From an uncultured Actinomycetes bacterium (GTDB lineage Bacteria > Actinomycetota > Thermoleophilia > UBA2241), in the NCBI GenBank assembly GCA_963725665.1, contig CAVRZA010000011.1, forward strand, positions 192,001 through 256,000: a DNA stretch of 64,000 nucleotides, given 5' to 3'. Shown here piece by piece: positions 39,592 through 49,231 of the stretch. The notes below the pieces were generated by a model. The model made no database searches, was not told the DNA's origin, and saw only the letters and a list, made by a program, of their open reading frames with translations. Every line of letters starts with the position of its first letter. The first letter of the stretch is position 1. Position numbers and translations under genes: made by a program.

Positions 39592-39914
39592 TCGGGACGG
39601 AGCCTCCACGCGCAGCAGGCGCGTAGACCGCAGACCCGGACTCCGGCCGGATCTCACGCCAGACCGCACGGCAGCCGGTCTCCCGACGTGCACGCAGCGA
39701 GGGACTCGGGGAAGAATCCTCCTATGACCTTCGCTGAGCGATCCGGACAGCGTGCGGCCCGACAGACAGCACCTCGTGCCGGGCCGTTGGCTCGCGGGAC
39801 GGGTGATGTGACCGTGACCAGCGCGCCCAGCACTGTCGAGATGGGCGAGCCCATCTTGCCGCCCGTCTGCCAGCTCGCCACGGCGCACCCCACCGCCGGC
39901 GCAGGCGGCCAGTT

Positions 39915-41381
39915 GTGAGCGTCGTCCTTGACGGCCTGAGCCTCACGATCGAAGACGTCGCGCGCGTCGCGCGGCACGGCGAGGCCGTATCGCCGGCGCC
40001 GCGCGCCCTCGCGCGCATGCGGCGCGCTCGCGATCTCGTGGAGGAGGCTTTACAGGAGGGGAGGTCCGTGTACGGGCTGACGACCGGGGTCGGCGCCCTC
40101 AAGCGGGCGCACATCGATCCGGCTGACGAGGTAGCCTTCAACCGCCGTCTCATCGGCACGCACCTCGTGGGCCAGGGCGCGCACGCGCCGCACGACGTCG
40201 TGCGCGCCCAGGCCCTGCGACTGGCCAACTTCTTCCTTTCCGGCGACCCCGGCGTCCGCCCCGAGCTCGCCGAGCGCCTCATCAGGCTCCTGAACGACGA
40301 CTTCCTGCCCGACGTGCACACGCTGGGCTCTCTCGGCCAGTCAGACCTCGCGCCCAACGCGGATCTCGCGCGCAGCCTGTTCGAGGGCTTCGACCCCGCC
40401 GCAGGTGAGACCCTCGCCACGCTCAACAACAACGCCTTCGCGACGGGATGGGCGGCTCTCGCCCTGGACGATGCGCGCCGCCTCGTCGACGCCGTCGAGG
40501 CCGGCGGCGCGCTAGCCCTGGAGGCCTTCGCCGCCAACCTCACCATGCTCCACCGCGCGATCGCCCGCCGGCGGCCCTACCACGGCTTGCAGACATCGCT
40601 TGATCGCCTGCGCACCCTCCTCGAGGGCAGCTTCCTGTGGCAGGAGGGGGCGGCCCGCAACCTGCAGGACCCGCTCACCTTCCGCAACCTCGTGCAGCTC
40701 CAGGGCGCCGCGCGCGACGCGCTCGACCACGCTCTGGACCAACTCGCCGTGGAGCTCAACGCCGCCCAGGGGAATCCGCTCGTCGTGCTCCGCGAGGAAC
40801 CGCACGCCGAGGCGAACGACGAGATGATCGGCCCCATCTCGGTCGGCGCCTACGACGTTCTCCCCCTGGCCGCCGCCCTCGACTACGTGCGCCTCGCCTT
40901 CGCCTCGATGCTCACCAGCGCCCACGAGCGCAGCCTCAAGCTCCTTGACACGCCCTGGTCGGGGCTGCCCACCGGCCTCGTGCCCGAGTCCGGCCCGCCC
41001 GAGAGCGGTCTCAGCCACTACGCCATCGCCGGCGAGGCGCTGGTCGCCGAAGCACGGCTGCTCGGCCACCCTGTATCGTTCGAGCTCGCCAGCTCGGCCG
41101 GCGCCGAGGGCATCGAGGACCGTGCCACGATGGCTCCACTGGCGGCGCGTCAGCTCGCCCAGCAGGTCGAACTCGGGGAGCGCGTCGCCGCCATCGGGCT
41201 CCTGGTCGCGGCGCAGGCCGTCGAGCTGCGCGGCATGACGCCGCTCGGCCGAGGCACGGTCCGCCTACTCGAGCTGGTGCGCGAGCAGGTGCCCTTCATG
41301 AGGGCCGGCGATCCCATGCCGAGCGACGTCGAGCCGCTCTTCCAGCTCGTACGCTCAGGGGCTCTCTCGGCCCTACCCTAG
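39915..41381 (+). CDS. Histidine ammonia-lyase superfamily enzyme lacking the ASG MIO triad (ergothionase-like)
   Basis: VYGLTTGVGALK, GSLGQSDLAP instead of GSVGASGDLAP, LQDPLTFR, ELNA..NP, SGLP, ED. Confidence 0.85.
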   Translation: MSVVLDGLSLTIEDVARVARHGEAVSPAPRALARMRRARDLVEEALQEGRSVYGLTTGVGALKRAHIDPADEVAFNRRLIGTHLVGQGAHAPHDVVRAQALRLANFFLSGDPGVRPELAERLIRLLNDDFLPDVHTLGSLGQSDLAPNADLARSLFEGFDPAAGETLATLNNNAFATGWAALALDDARRLVDAVEAGGALALEAFAANLTMLHRAIARRRPYHGLQTSLDRLRTLLEGSFLWQEGAARNLQDPLTFRNLVQLQGAARDALDHALDQLAVELNAAQGNPLVVLREEPHAEANDEMIGPISVGAYDVLPLAAALDYVRLAFASMLTSAHERSLKLLDTPWSGLPTGLVPESGPPESGLSHYAIAGEALVAEARLLGHPVSFELASSAGAEGIEDRATMAPLAARQLAQQVELGERVAAIGLLVAAQAVELRGMTPLGRGTVRLLELVREQVPFMRAGDPMPSDVEPLFQLVRSGALSALP

Positions 41382-41389
41382 CCAGCTCG

Positions 41390-41872
41390 GCGCCGGCCAG
41401 GGTCGGGACACCCTCTACTTCGCCGGCAGTGGGCTCCAGGTCGAGGCGCTCGACTACGCTGAGAGCGCGGTCGCGGCCGTGCGCGTCAAGGCGCGAACGG
41501 CCGGTCTTCAAGCGAACATCACGTCGCTGCAGCACGACGCGCGCGCCCTTGCCCTTCGGCGACGGGAGCTTCGACGCCTGCTACGCCCACATGCTCTTCT
41601 GCATGGCGTTCACGACCCGCGAGATCGAGGCCATCGCCGGCGAGGTCCGTCGTGTGCTGCGCCCACGCGGGCTCGTCCTCTATACAGCGCGCACCACGGC
41701 CGATCCCGACTTTGGCCGCAGCGTCGCAAGAGGCGAGGACATGTACGAGGTCGGCGGCTTCATCGTGCATTTCTTCAGTCTGGCTCAGGGATTCGAGCTC
41801 GTCGACGTGGTCGAGTTTGAAGAGGGGCCTCTCCCGCGGCGCCTGTTCAGAGTGACGATGCGCAAGGCGTAG
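41390..41872 (+). pseudogene. Class I SAM-dependent methyltransferase, N-terminally truncated/frameshifted
   Basis: LPFGDGSFDACYAHMLFCMA, RVLRPRG, DPDFG; motif I missing. Confidence 0.6.
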
Positions 41873-41890
41873 AAATGGACGCGCCGGCCT

Positions 41891-42463
41891 TCAGTGCGCC
41901 GGATAAGGGAAGAACTCATCCTTTTCCCCTGCCTCCCAGCGCCGGCGCATCTCCGGGTCCGAGAGGTCCCAGTCAGGACGGATGCGGCGTGAGATCGCCC
42001 GGAAGTCCTGCCGCAGCTCCTCTGGCGTAGGGCGCCCCCAATACCAGTAACCGTTGTAGATCCTGTACACCACGAGGCCCGGCTCCAGCATGACCGTGTA
42101 CGGCACGATCGGCTCGTGGTGCGGGTCGGTGTACTCGACGATGTCGAGCTCACGCTGCACGACCTTGCGCAGGTCCGAGAGGAACGGCCAGTGCGCGCCC
42201 AGGCTCTGTTTCCACTCCAGACAGCCGAGCACGCTGTCGGTCGACGAGATCGTGACGATCTTCGAGTAGGCCACGTCGATCTCGGGCTCCATCGCTGCCA
42301 GCAACACGTGCTGGCGGTGGTCTTTCGGTCAGTAGCTCCCTCGCGAGAGGACGAGGCACAAGGGGTCGTTTCCCTGGATCTCCGAGAGGCGATGCCTGTT
42401 GCCCGTCTCATCGGGCAGCTCGAAGTCGGGGAACGCGGAACCGGGCACGATGTCGGGGCGCAT
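41891..42463 (-). CDS. Selenocysteine-containing redoxin (AhpC/TSA, peroxiredoxin-like)
   Basis: RBS aggagg; FPDFELPD...LSRGSY-UGA-PKDHRQH...WPFLSD; UGA at 42329-42331 joins two track ORFs in frame. Confidence 0.85.
42297..42315 (-). promoter_or_regulatory. SECIS-like hairpin
   Basis: gccagca-cgtgt-tgctggc beginning 13 nt after the UGA, G in the loop. Confidence 0.6.
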
Positions 42464-42580
42464 CGATCCTCCTGTTCGGACCGGGCCTCGCCCAGGGCAA
42501 GGCCTCCTTCGATAGACGAGTACCTCGCCGATGGCGGCTTCGAAACCGGCAGCGCCCTTGACCACGCACCGCTACCCCAT

Positions 42581-42609
42581 CTCATCGTTCGCCGTCCTCA
42601 GGCCGATAC
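42581..42609 (+). promoter_or_regulatory. Putative FliA/sigma28-like promoter
   Basis: CTCA-N17-GCCGATAC 60 nt upstream of ORF 42670. Confidence 0.35.
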
Positions 42610-42669
42610 GTATGACACCGGCAGCGTTCACACCCGACACGGCTGGAAGAGAGGTCGCAGACGCAGACG

Positions 42670-43053
42670 ATGAAGCCAGGGGATGCGCGAGAACACGCTG
42701 ATCGCCGCGGCCCGCAACCAGATCGAGACGCCGTGAGCGGCACGCCACGCGATCGAGTGCTCTTCTGGCTTCTGCTCGGCCTCTGGGCCTTCAACGCCAC
42801 CGACCTGCTGCTCACGCGGCGCGCCATCGCCCTCGGCCGGGCGCAAGAGGCCAACGGGGTGATGAGGGTGCTGTTGCAGGCCGGCAGCCTACCGGCGTAC
42901 ACCTTCAAGATCGGCTTCGTGACCCTCGGCGTAGTCCTGCTCTGGCGGCTGCGGTCGCATCACGCCGTGCTGCTTGCCGCCACACTCCTCGCCGCATCCT
43001 TCGCCGTTGTAGTCAGCTACGAGGCTCTCTGGGTCTGGAGCCTCATGCGCTAG
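42670..43053 (+). CDS. DUF5658-like small membrane protein
   Basis: N..D..LT...G..EAN.M...K pattern with 3 TM segments. Confidence 0.65.
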   Translation: MKPGDAREHADRRGPQPDRDAVSGTPRDRVLFWLLLGLWAFNATDLLLTRRAIALGRAQEANGVMRVLLQAGSLPAYTFKIGFVTLGVVLLWRLRSHHAVLLAATLLAASFAVVVSYEALWVWSLMR

Positions 43054-43141
43054 GATCGCGAACCTGCTTCGCACGTGCGGCCGCGCGACCGTCGTCCATC
43101 GTCCGAGCCGGCGTTGCCCCACGCCTCGTTGTGTGGCGCCG

Positions 43142-43218
43142 CCTCACCCCAGCGCTGTCTCACCCCTCAGCGCCGTCTCACCCCTCAGCGCTGCCCCACC
43201 CCTCAGCGCTGCCCCACC
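43142..43218. repeat. About 4 copies of an 18-bp tandem repeat overlapping the ABC ATPase stop
   Basis: (t/c)cacccctcagcgc(t/c)g(t/c)c units; encodes GWGSAE repeats. Confidence 0.85.
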
Positions 43219-45382
43219 CGGCGCGCTGCAGCTCGCGCAACTCGTCGGGAGGGATGTGGCAGAGGTACCGATGGCCGCCGCCTGCATCACGCCACGGCGG
43301 CATCACGTTCACACAGATGTCGCCCAGGAAGCGGTGGCAACGCGTGTGGAAGCGGCATCCACTGGGCGGCTCAGCCAGGCTCGGCACCGGCCCGCCGAGC
43401 GGGATGCGCTCGTGGGGATGCTCAAAGTCGAGCGTGGGAATGGCCGACATGAGCGCCTCGGTATAAGGGTGCTGCGGCGGGGTGAACACATCTTCGGCCG
43501 ACCCGATCTCCATGAGCTTGGCGAGATACATGACGGCGATCCGGTCGGACAGATAGCGCACTACTGCCAGATCGTGCGAGATGAAGATGTAGGAGACACC
43601 CTCTGTCGCCTGCAGCTCCGCGAGCAGATTGAGGATGCTGGCCTGCACCGAGACGTCGAGGGCCGACGCCGGCTCGTCGCAAACGACCAGCGTCGGCCGG
43701 CCGGCGAACGCGCGCGCGATGGCGATGCGCTGCTTTTGGCCGCCCGACAGCTCGGTCGGCTTCGCCTCGAGGTGCTGCCTCTCTACCCGGACACGCTCGG
43801 CGAGCTCCTCGACGCGCTTGCGGCGCTCGTTCCCGCTCAGACCGCCGAGCCGACCGACGGCCCGGCTCAGGATCCCACCCGCCGACCACGCGGGGTTGAG
43901 CGTGGCATCGGGGTTCTGGAAGACCATCTGGATGGCGCGCAGCGTGTCGAAGCCACGCTTCGACACGCTGTCGGCCAACAGATGGTCGCGGAAGCGCAGC
44001 TCGCCGCTATCGGGAGAAAGGAGCCCGGTGACGCAGTTGGCGAGGGTGGTCTTGCCGCTGCCGGACTCGCCGACCAGACCCAGGATCTCGCCGGCGCCGA
44101 CCTCGATGCTGACGTCGTCGACCGCACCGACGCGTCGACGGCCGTCCTTGAAGACCTTCGAAAGGCCGCCGACGACCAGGGTGCTGCCGCCGGACGGCGG
44201 TCCCGCCACTGGCCCGGCGGCTGCGGCAGGCACTGCCGTTTCGGCCGACGCGCCGGCTGCCGCCGGCCGCACAGGTGCCGCCGGTCGGGCGGCCGCCGCT
44301 CTCATACTCGGCACCAGCTCCGAGAAGTAGCAGCGCGCGCGTCGCGCTGACACGTCGGTCGCACTGCTCCCGGGATCGAGCGCCGGTCCAGGCCACGCGA
44401 ACAGATCGGGCTCGCGCGCGCGGCACTCCGGCTGCACGAGCTCGCAGCGCGGCGCGAAGACGCAGCCCGGCAGCTCGCTGCCGAGCCGCGGCAGGAACCC
44501 TGGGATGGGCACCAGTGTCGACTGGTCCTTGCGCGCGCCGAAGCGCGGCACGCAGCGCAGCAGGCCCATCGTGTAGGGGTGGCGCGGGTCGGTGAACAGG
44601 TCGCGGGCCGGCCCACCTTCGACGATCCGGCCCGCGTACATCACACCGACCCGCTCGCACAGTCGCGCCACGAGGCCGAGGTTGTGGCTGATCAGAAGGA
44701 TCGCCGCGTCGATACGCTTGCGCAGCTCCTCGATGAGGTCGAGCACCTCGGCCTCGACCGTGGCGTCGAGTCCGGTCGTGGGTTCGTCGAGCACGAGCAG
44801 GCGCGGGTCGCCGGCCAGCGCCATAGCGATCACCACCCGTTGCTGCTGGCCGCCCGAGAGCTGGAACGGGTAGCGCCGTAAGACCACGCCGGGGTCGGGC
44901 ATGGCGACGCGCTCGAGCGCGCCGCGGGCGCGCTCGAGCGCGTCGCGCTTGGACAGCCCGAAGTGGAAGCGGTAGACCTCGGCGACCTGGTCGCCGACGC
45001 GGATCGACGGGTTGAGCGCGGTGGCGGGGTCCTGGTAGACCATGCCGAGCTTGGTCCCACGAAGCTCGCGCAGCCGTTCCGCGGGCAAGCTCAACATGTC
45101 GTCGCCATCGAAGGTGATACGCCCCCGGTCGACGCGCCCGTTCAGCGGCAGATAGCGCATCAGCGCCAGGGCCGTCGTCGTCTTGCCGCAACCCGACTCG
45201 CCGACCAGACCGTAGGCCTCGCCGGCACCGATCTCGAGCGACACGCCCGTCACGACCGGCAGCTCGCGGTCGCGGCGCACGAAGGTCACGTGCAGGTCGT
45301 CGATCTCGAGGACCGGGACGCCGGCCCGCCGCACGGGATCAGGAACGTCGCGCATGTGCGTCATGGCGCCGTCCCCTGTCAT
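43178..45382 (-). CDS. Dipeptide/oligopeptide ABC transporter ATPase, fused DppD-DppF type (start approximate)
   Basis: Two Walker A motifs (GESGCGKT, GESGSGKT), two LSGGQ, HPYT, C-terminal Cys motifs. Confidence 0.92.
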   Translation of the reverse strand: MTGDGAMTHMRDVPDPVRRAGVPVLEIDDLHVTFVRRDRELPVVTGVSLEIGAGEAYGLVGESGCGKTTTALALMRYLPLNGRVDRGRITFDGDDMLSLPAERLRELRGTKLGMVYQDPATALNPSIRVGDQVAEVYRFHFGLSKRDALERARGALERVAMPDPGVVLRRYPFQLSGGQQQRVVIAMALAGDPRLLVLDEPTTGLDATVEAEVLDLIEELRKRIDAAILLISHNLGLVARLCERVGVMYAGRIVEGGPARDLFTDPRHPYTMGLLRCVPRFGARKDQSTLVPIPGFLPRLGSELPGCVFAPRCELVQPECRAREPDLFAWPGPALDPGSSATDVSARRARCYFSELVPSMRAAAARPAAPVRPAAAGASAETAVPAAAAGPVAGPPSGGSTLVVGGLSKVFKDGRRRVGAVDDVSIEVGAGEILGLVGESGSGKTTLANCVTGLLSPDSGELRFRDHLLADSVSKRGFDTLRAIQMVFQNPDATLNPAWSAGGILSRAVGRLGGLSGNERRKRVEELAERVRVERQHLEAKPTELSGGQKQRIAIARAFAGRPTLVVCDEPASALDVSVQASILNLLAELQATEGVSYIFISHDLAVVRYLSDRIAVMYLAKLMEIGSAEDVFTPPQHPYTEALMSAIPTLDFEHPHERIPLGGPVPSLAEPPSGCRFHTRCHRFLGDICVNVMPPWRDAGGGHRYLCHIPPDELRELQRAGWGSAEGWGSAEG

Positions 45383-46296
45383 TCCGCCAGCGCCTTGCGC
45401 AAGCCGTCGGCCACCAGGTTCGCGCCCACAACGAGGGTGGCGAGAGCGAGTGCGGGAAACGTGACCGCCCACCACGCTACCTGGATCACTTCCTTCTGCT
45501 GCGAGATGGTCAGCCCCCAGTCGGCGGAAGGCGGCTGGACGCCAAACCCGAGGAACGACAGCGTCGCAGCGGTGAAGACCGCGTAGCCGAGTCGCACTGT
45601 GCCTTCGACGATGACCGGCGAGAGGATGTTGGGCACGATCTCCGCGGCCATGATGAAGCCGGCCCGCTCGCCCCGCAGGCGCGCGGCCTGTACGTACTCC
45701 TTCTCGCGCTCCGACACGACGGCCGCGCGGATGGTACGCGCGACCGGGGCCATGAAGAGGATGCCGATCGTCACAGTGATGGCTGCCAGAGAGTGGCCGA
45801 GGGCGGAGACGACGACGATCGCCGCGACAATGATCGGCAGGGCCAGCAGCACGTCGACGCCGCGCATCGTGACCTCGTCCGTGTACCCCTTGTAGAAGCC
45901 GGCGATCAGGCCGAGGGCTCCGCCCATGAGCAGCGCCAGGAGCGTGGCGAGCGGCGCGATGACCAGTACCGTGCGAGCCCCCGCGAGCGTGCGCGAGAGC
46001 ACGTCGCGGCCCAGGTTGTCGGTCCCGAACCAGTGCAGCGAGCTCGGCGGCTTGAGGACGTTGAAGAGGTCGGTCTCGAACGGACCCCAGCGCGTGATGT
46101 AGGTCGAGAACAGCGCCATGAAGATCCAGAAGAGAAGGATCCCGAGACCGATGAGGAACGTGGGGCTGCGCCGCAGAGCGCGAACCACGTAGCGGCGGCG
46201 GAGCTGCCGTTCCGTCGGCTCCGCGGCCAGCTCGATGGCGGCCAGGTCCTCGAAGGGACTGGGCTCGGGCAGTGGCTCGGGGGTTCGGAGGGCCAT
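45379..46296 (-). CDS. Peptide ABC transporter permease (DppC-like)
   Basis: HWFGTDNLGRDVLSR, EYVQAARLRG, PPSADWG. Confidence 0.92.
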   Translation of the reverse strand: MALRTPEPLPEPSPFEDLAAIELAAEPTERQLRRRYVVRALRRSPTFLIGLGILLFWIFMALFSTYITRWGPFETDLFNVLKPPSSLHWFGTDNLGRDVLSRTLAGARTVLVIAPLATLLALLMGGALGLIAGFYKGYTDEVTMRGVDVLLALPIIVAAIVVVSALGHSLAAITVTIGILFMAPVARTIRAAVVSEREKEYVQAARLRGERAGFIMAAEIVPNILSPVIVEGTVRLGYAVFTAATLSFLGFGVQPPSADWGLTISQQKEVIQVAWWAVTFPALALATLVVGANLVADGLRKALAE

Positions 46297-46302
46297 CGGC
46301 CC

Positions 46303-47250
46303 CTACCGCCCGTACCTGACGCGCGGGTCGAGCAGTGCAACGATCAGGTCGGCCGCGAGGTTCGAGAACATGTAGATGGCGGCGATGACGAGCACGGTCG
46401 CCTCGAGGGTCTTGACGTCCTTGAGCGTGGCCGAGTCGATCATGAGCTTGCCGATGCCGGGGTAGCCGAAGAGCGTCTCGACGACGACGAGGCCGCCGAC
46501 CAGCCAGCCGACCTGAGTACCGATGACGGCCACTGTGGGTGCCATGGCGTTGCGCAGCGCGTGGATGAGCACGACGCGGCGTCGTGGCAGCCCCTTGAGC
46601 GTCGCCGTCCTCACGTACGGCATCTCGAGGGCCTCGATCATGCCGTACCGGGCCATCCGCGCGATGTACCCCAGCTCGACGAACATGAGCGGGATGGCGG
46701 GGAGGATCATGTAGTGGATGCGGGTCAGCGGATCGGCGCCCGCCGGCGGCGTCGCCGGGTACGGGAACCAGTGCAGCGCGACGGCGAACAGGACGATCAA
46801 CACGACGCCGCTCACGAACTCGGGCACCACAGTAAGGGACAGGCTCGTCACGGTCACGGTGCGATCGACCACCCCGTCGCGGCGCAGCGCCGCGACCACG
46901 CCTAACACGATCGACAGAGGCACGATGATCACCAGCGCGAGCGCCGCCAGTTGCAGCGAGTTCCAGAGCCGCTGCATGGTGATCGAGAAGATCGGGACCT
47001 GCAGGATGGGCGACTGACCCCAGTGCCCCGTGATGAAGCCGCCGAGCCAGTCGACGTAGCGTTGCAGGAGCGGCTTGTCGGCGCCGAGCTGGTGGTCGAG
47101 CTGGGCGACCGCCTCAGGCGAGGCGTAGGGCCCCAGGATCTCGCGGCCGATGTCGCCCGGCACGATCTCCTCCATGAGGAAGATCAGGATCGAGACGACC
47201 AGCAGCGTCGGGATGATGAACAACAGGCGGCGACCGATGAGACGAGTCAT
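46303..47250 (-). CDS. Peptide ABC transporter permease (DppB-like)
   Basis: PGD, YVRTATLKGL, HALRNA, ETLFGYPGIG. Confidence 0.92.
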   Translation of the reverse strand: MTRLIGRRLLFIIPTLLVVSILIFLMEEIVPGDIGREILGPYASPEAVAQLDHQLGADKPLLQRYVDWLGGFITGHWGQSPILQVPIFSITMQRLWNSLQLAALALVIIVPLSIVLGVVAALRRDGVVDRTVTVTSLSLTVVPEFVSGVVLIVLFAVALHWFPYPATPPAGADPLTRIHYMILPAIPLMFVELGYIARMARYGMIEALEMPYVRTATLKGLPRRRVVLIHALRNAMAPTVAVIGTQVGWLVGGLVVVETLFGYPGIGKLMIDSATLKDVKTLEATVLVIAAIYMFSNLAADLIVALLDPRVRYGR

Positions 47251-47311
47251 GTCGCCACCGTCACTGCCATGTGACGCAGGGTACCACCTATGTCGGTCGG
47301 GCGCGTCCCGG

Positions 47312-48965
47312 CTAGCTGAGGTACGTGGTCGTCAGGTCGAGGAACTCGGCCGGGTCGGAGGTGAGCCCCTGCACGTTCTTCTTCATGGCCCGGTTGACGC
47401 TGATCCAGTACGCGATGATGTACGGCGTCTCGTCGGTGAGGATCGAGGCCGCCTGCTCCGCGTACGTGCGTCGTTTCGCCTCGTCGATCGTGCCGTCGTA
47501 GTTCTTGGCGGCGGCGTCGAACTGCGGGTTCTTGAAGTGAGCCGAGTTCCAGACGCCCTTCGAAGTGCTGGTGGGTAGGAAGTACTGCGTCGGGCACGCC
47601 GCGGAAGGTCCAGTCGGTGATGCCCATGGGCACCTCGAGCCAGGGTTGATTCTTGCCGGAGCCGTACTAGTATGTGACGGTCACCTGGTTGAGGTTGAGC
47701 TTGATGCCGGCCTTGGCCGCCATCTGCTGCAGGAGCTGTGCGTACTGCGGGATCTCTTCGTACTCCTCCACGTTGAGGTTCATGGTGACGCCGTTCGGCA
47801 TGCCGGCGTCGCTCAGGAGCTGCTTGGCCTTGGCGATGTCCTGGGTGCGCTGTGGGATGTTCTTGGGCGCAAGCGGGTAGAGCGGACAGAAGACGTTGTC
47901 GTTGCCCACGATCGCCTTGCCGCTGAACAAGGCGGAGACGAGCGCTGGGCGGTCGATCGTGTAGGCGAGCGCCTGCCGCACGCGCTTGTCGGTGAACGGC
48001 GCCTTGTCGACCTGCATGTGCAAGAAGCGGCTCTGCGTCGAGGGCGTCGTGAGCACCTTGACGTTGGGGTCGGAGAAGAGGGCCTGCGCGCCCTGCACCG
48101 GCGTGACGAGCATCACGTCGACACTGCCGGACTGGAGCGCCAGCGCCTGGGCCTGGGTCTCCTCGGTGAACGTCACGTCGACGCCGTCGAGGTAGGGCCT
48201 GCCGGTCTGCCAGTAGGTGGGGTTCTTGACGAACGTGGCGCTCTGCTTGGCCACGTAGTTCGTCATCTTGAACGGGCCGGTGCCCACGGGGTTCTTCTGC
48301 CAGGTGCCGGCCTTGAAGGTCGAAGGCAGGATGAGGCAGTCGTAGTTGGTCGAGGCGACGAAGTAAGGGAAGTCGGCGAACGCTTGGTCGAGGTGGAAGG
48401 CGACCGTGGCGTCGTCGACCTTCTGCACGCCGCCCTGCGAGAGGACCCCCTGGAACGACGACAGGGCGGCCGACACCGTCTTGGGGTCGAGCAGGATGTT
48501 CATCGTCGACACCACGTCGTCGGCGCCGAACGGCTTGCCGTCCTGGAACGTGACGCCTTGGCGCAGGTTGAACGTCCACACGGTGCCGTCGGCGTTCGGT
48601 GACCATTTCTCGGCTAGCACCGGCCGCAGCGAAAGGTCGTTGTTGACCCAGATGAGGTATTCGGCGACCTGCTGCGCGATGGCGATCGAGCCCGTGTCGT
48701 ACATCGTCGTGGGATCGACGGCCACGATCGGCGACGCCATGGTGATCTTGAGCGTGCCGCCGGCCTTGGGCACCGCGGAGGCACTGGCTGACGCGCTGGT
48801 CTCAGTGGTCCCGCCGCCGCAGGCGGCCAGCAGCCGGCCGATGGCGGTGGCGGACAACCCGACCACCGTAGCCCGCACGAGGAGCTGCCGTCGTGTCATG
48901 CGCCCCTTCACCACCTCTTGAAGAAGGTGGTCGGCGTACTCTTGCTGGAACGGCGTGTCGGTCAT
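47312..48965 (-). CDS. Family 5 solute-binding lipoprotein with Tat signal; in-frame TAG at 47667 and frameshifts near 47590-47560
   Basis: TRRQLL...LAACG, P.LAEKW, LRQGVTFQDG, VGTGPF, PFTDKRVRQA. Confidence 0.85.
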
Positions 48966-49115
48966 GCGTGGCCCCCAGACTGTCCATCGTCCCCGTCGGC
49001 TGCCGTGGGTACCGCACGGCGCTTCGGCGCGGGACGTACCGAACCAGGTGTCCTCGGACGAGCGGAGCAGGGAGCTATCAGGTACCGTCCCGGCGACCGC
49101 CCCTCCGTGGCTCGC

Positions 49116-49144
49116 ATTGTACGCGCGGCCAAACGGTCCTACAA
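49116..49144 (-). promoter_or_regulatory. Sigma70-type promoter of the ABC transporter operon
   Basis: TTGTAG-N17-TACAAT on the minus strand. Confidence 0.55.
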
Positions 49145-49231
49145 CGGAACGCAGGCCTGCGGACGCAGGCTCTGCGGACGCAGGCCGTTGGCGCAACGTT
49201 ACGCGGCGTCTCGCGCGAGCGACCAGCGCCG

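Noticed and set aside
39915-41381. Canonical hutH
   Set aside because: ASG triad absent and no hutU/I/G nearby
43142-43218. CRISPR or iteron array
   Set aside because: Contiguous degenerate 18-mers with no spacers and no rep gene
49145-49188. Short cggacgcaggc tandem repeat upstream of the ABC promoter
   Set aside because: Only about 3 degenerate units; cannot distinguish an operator from slippage
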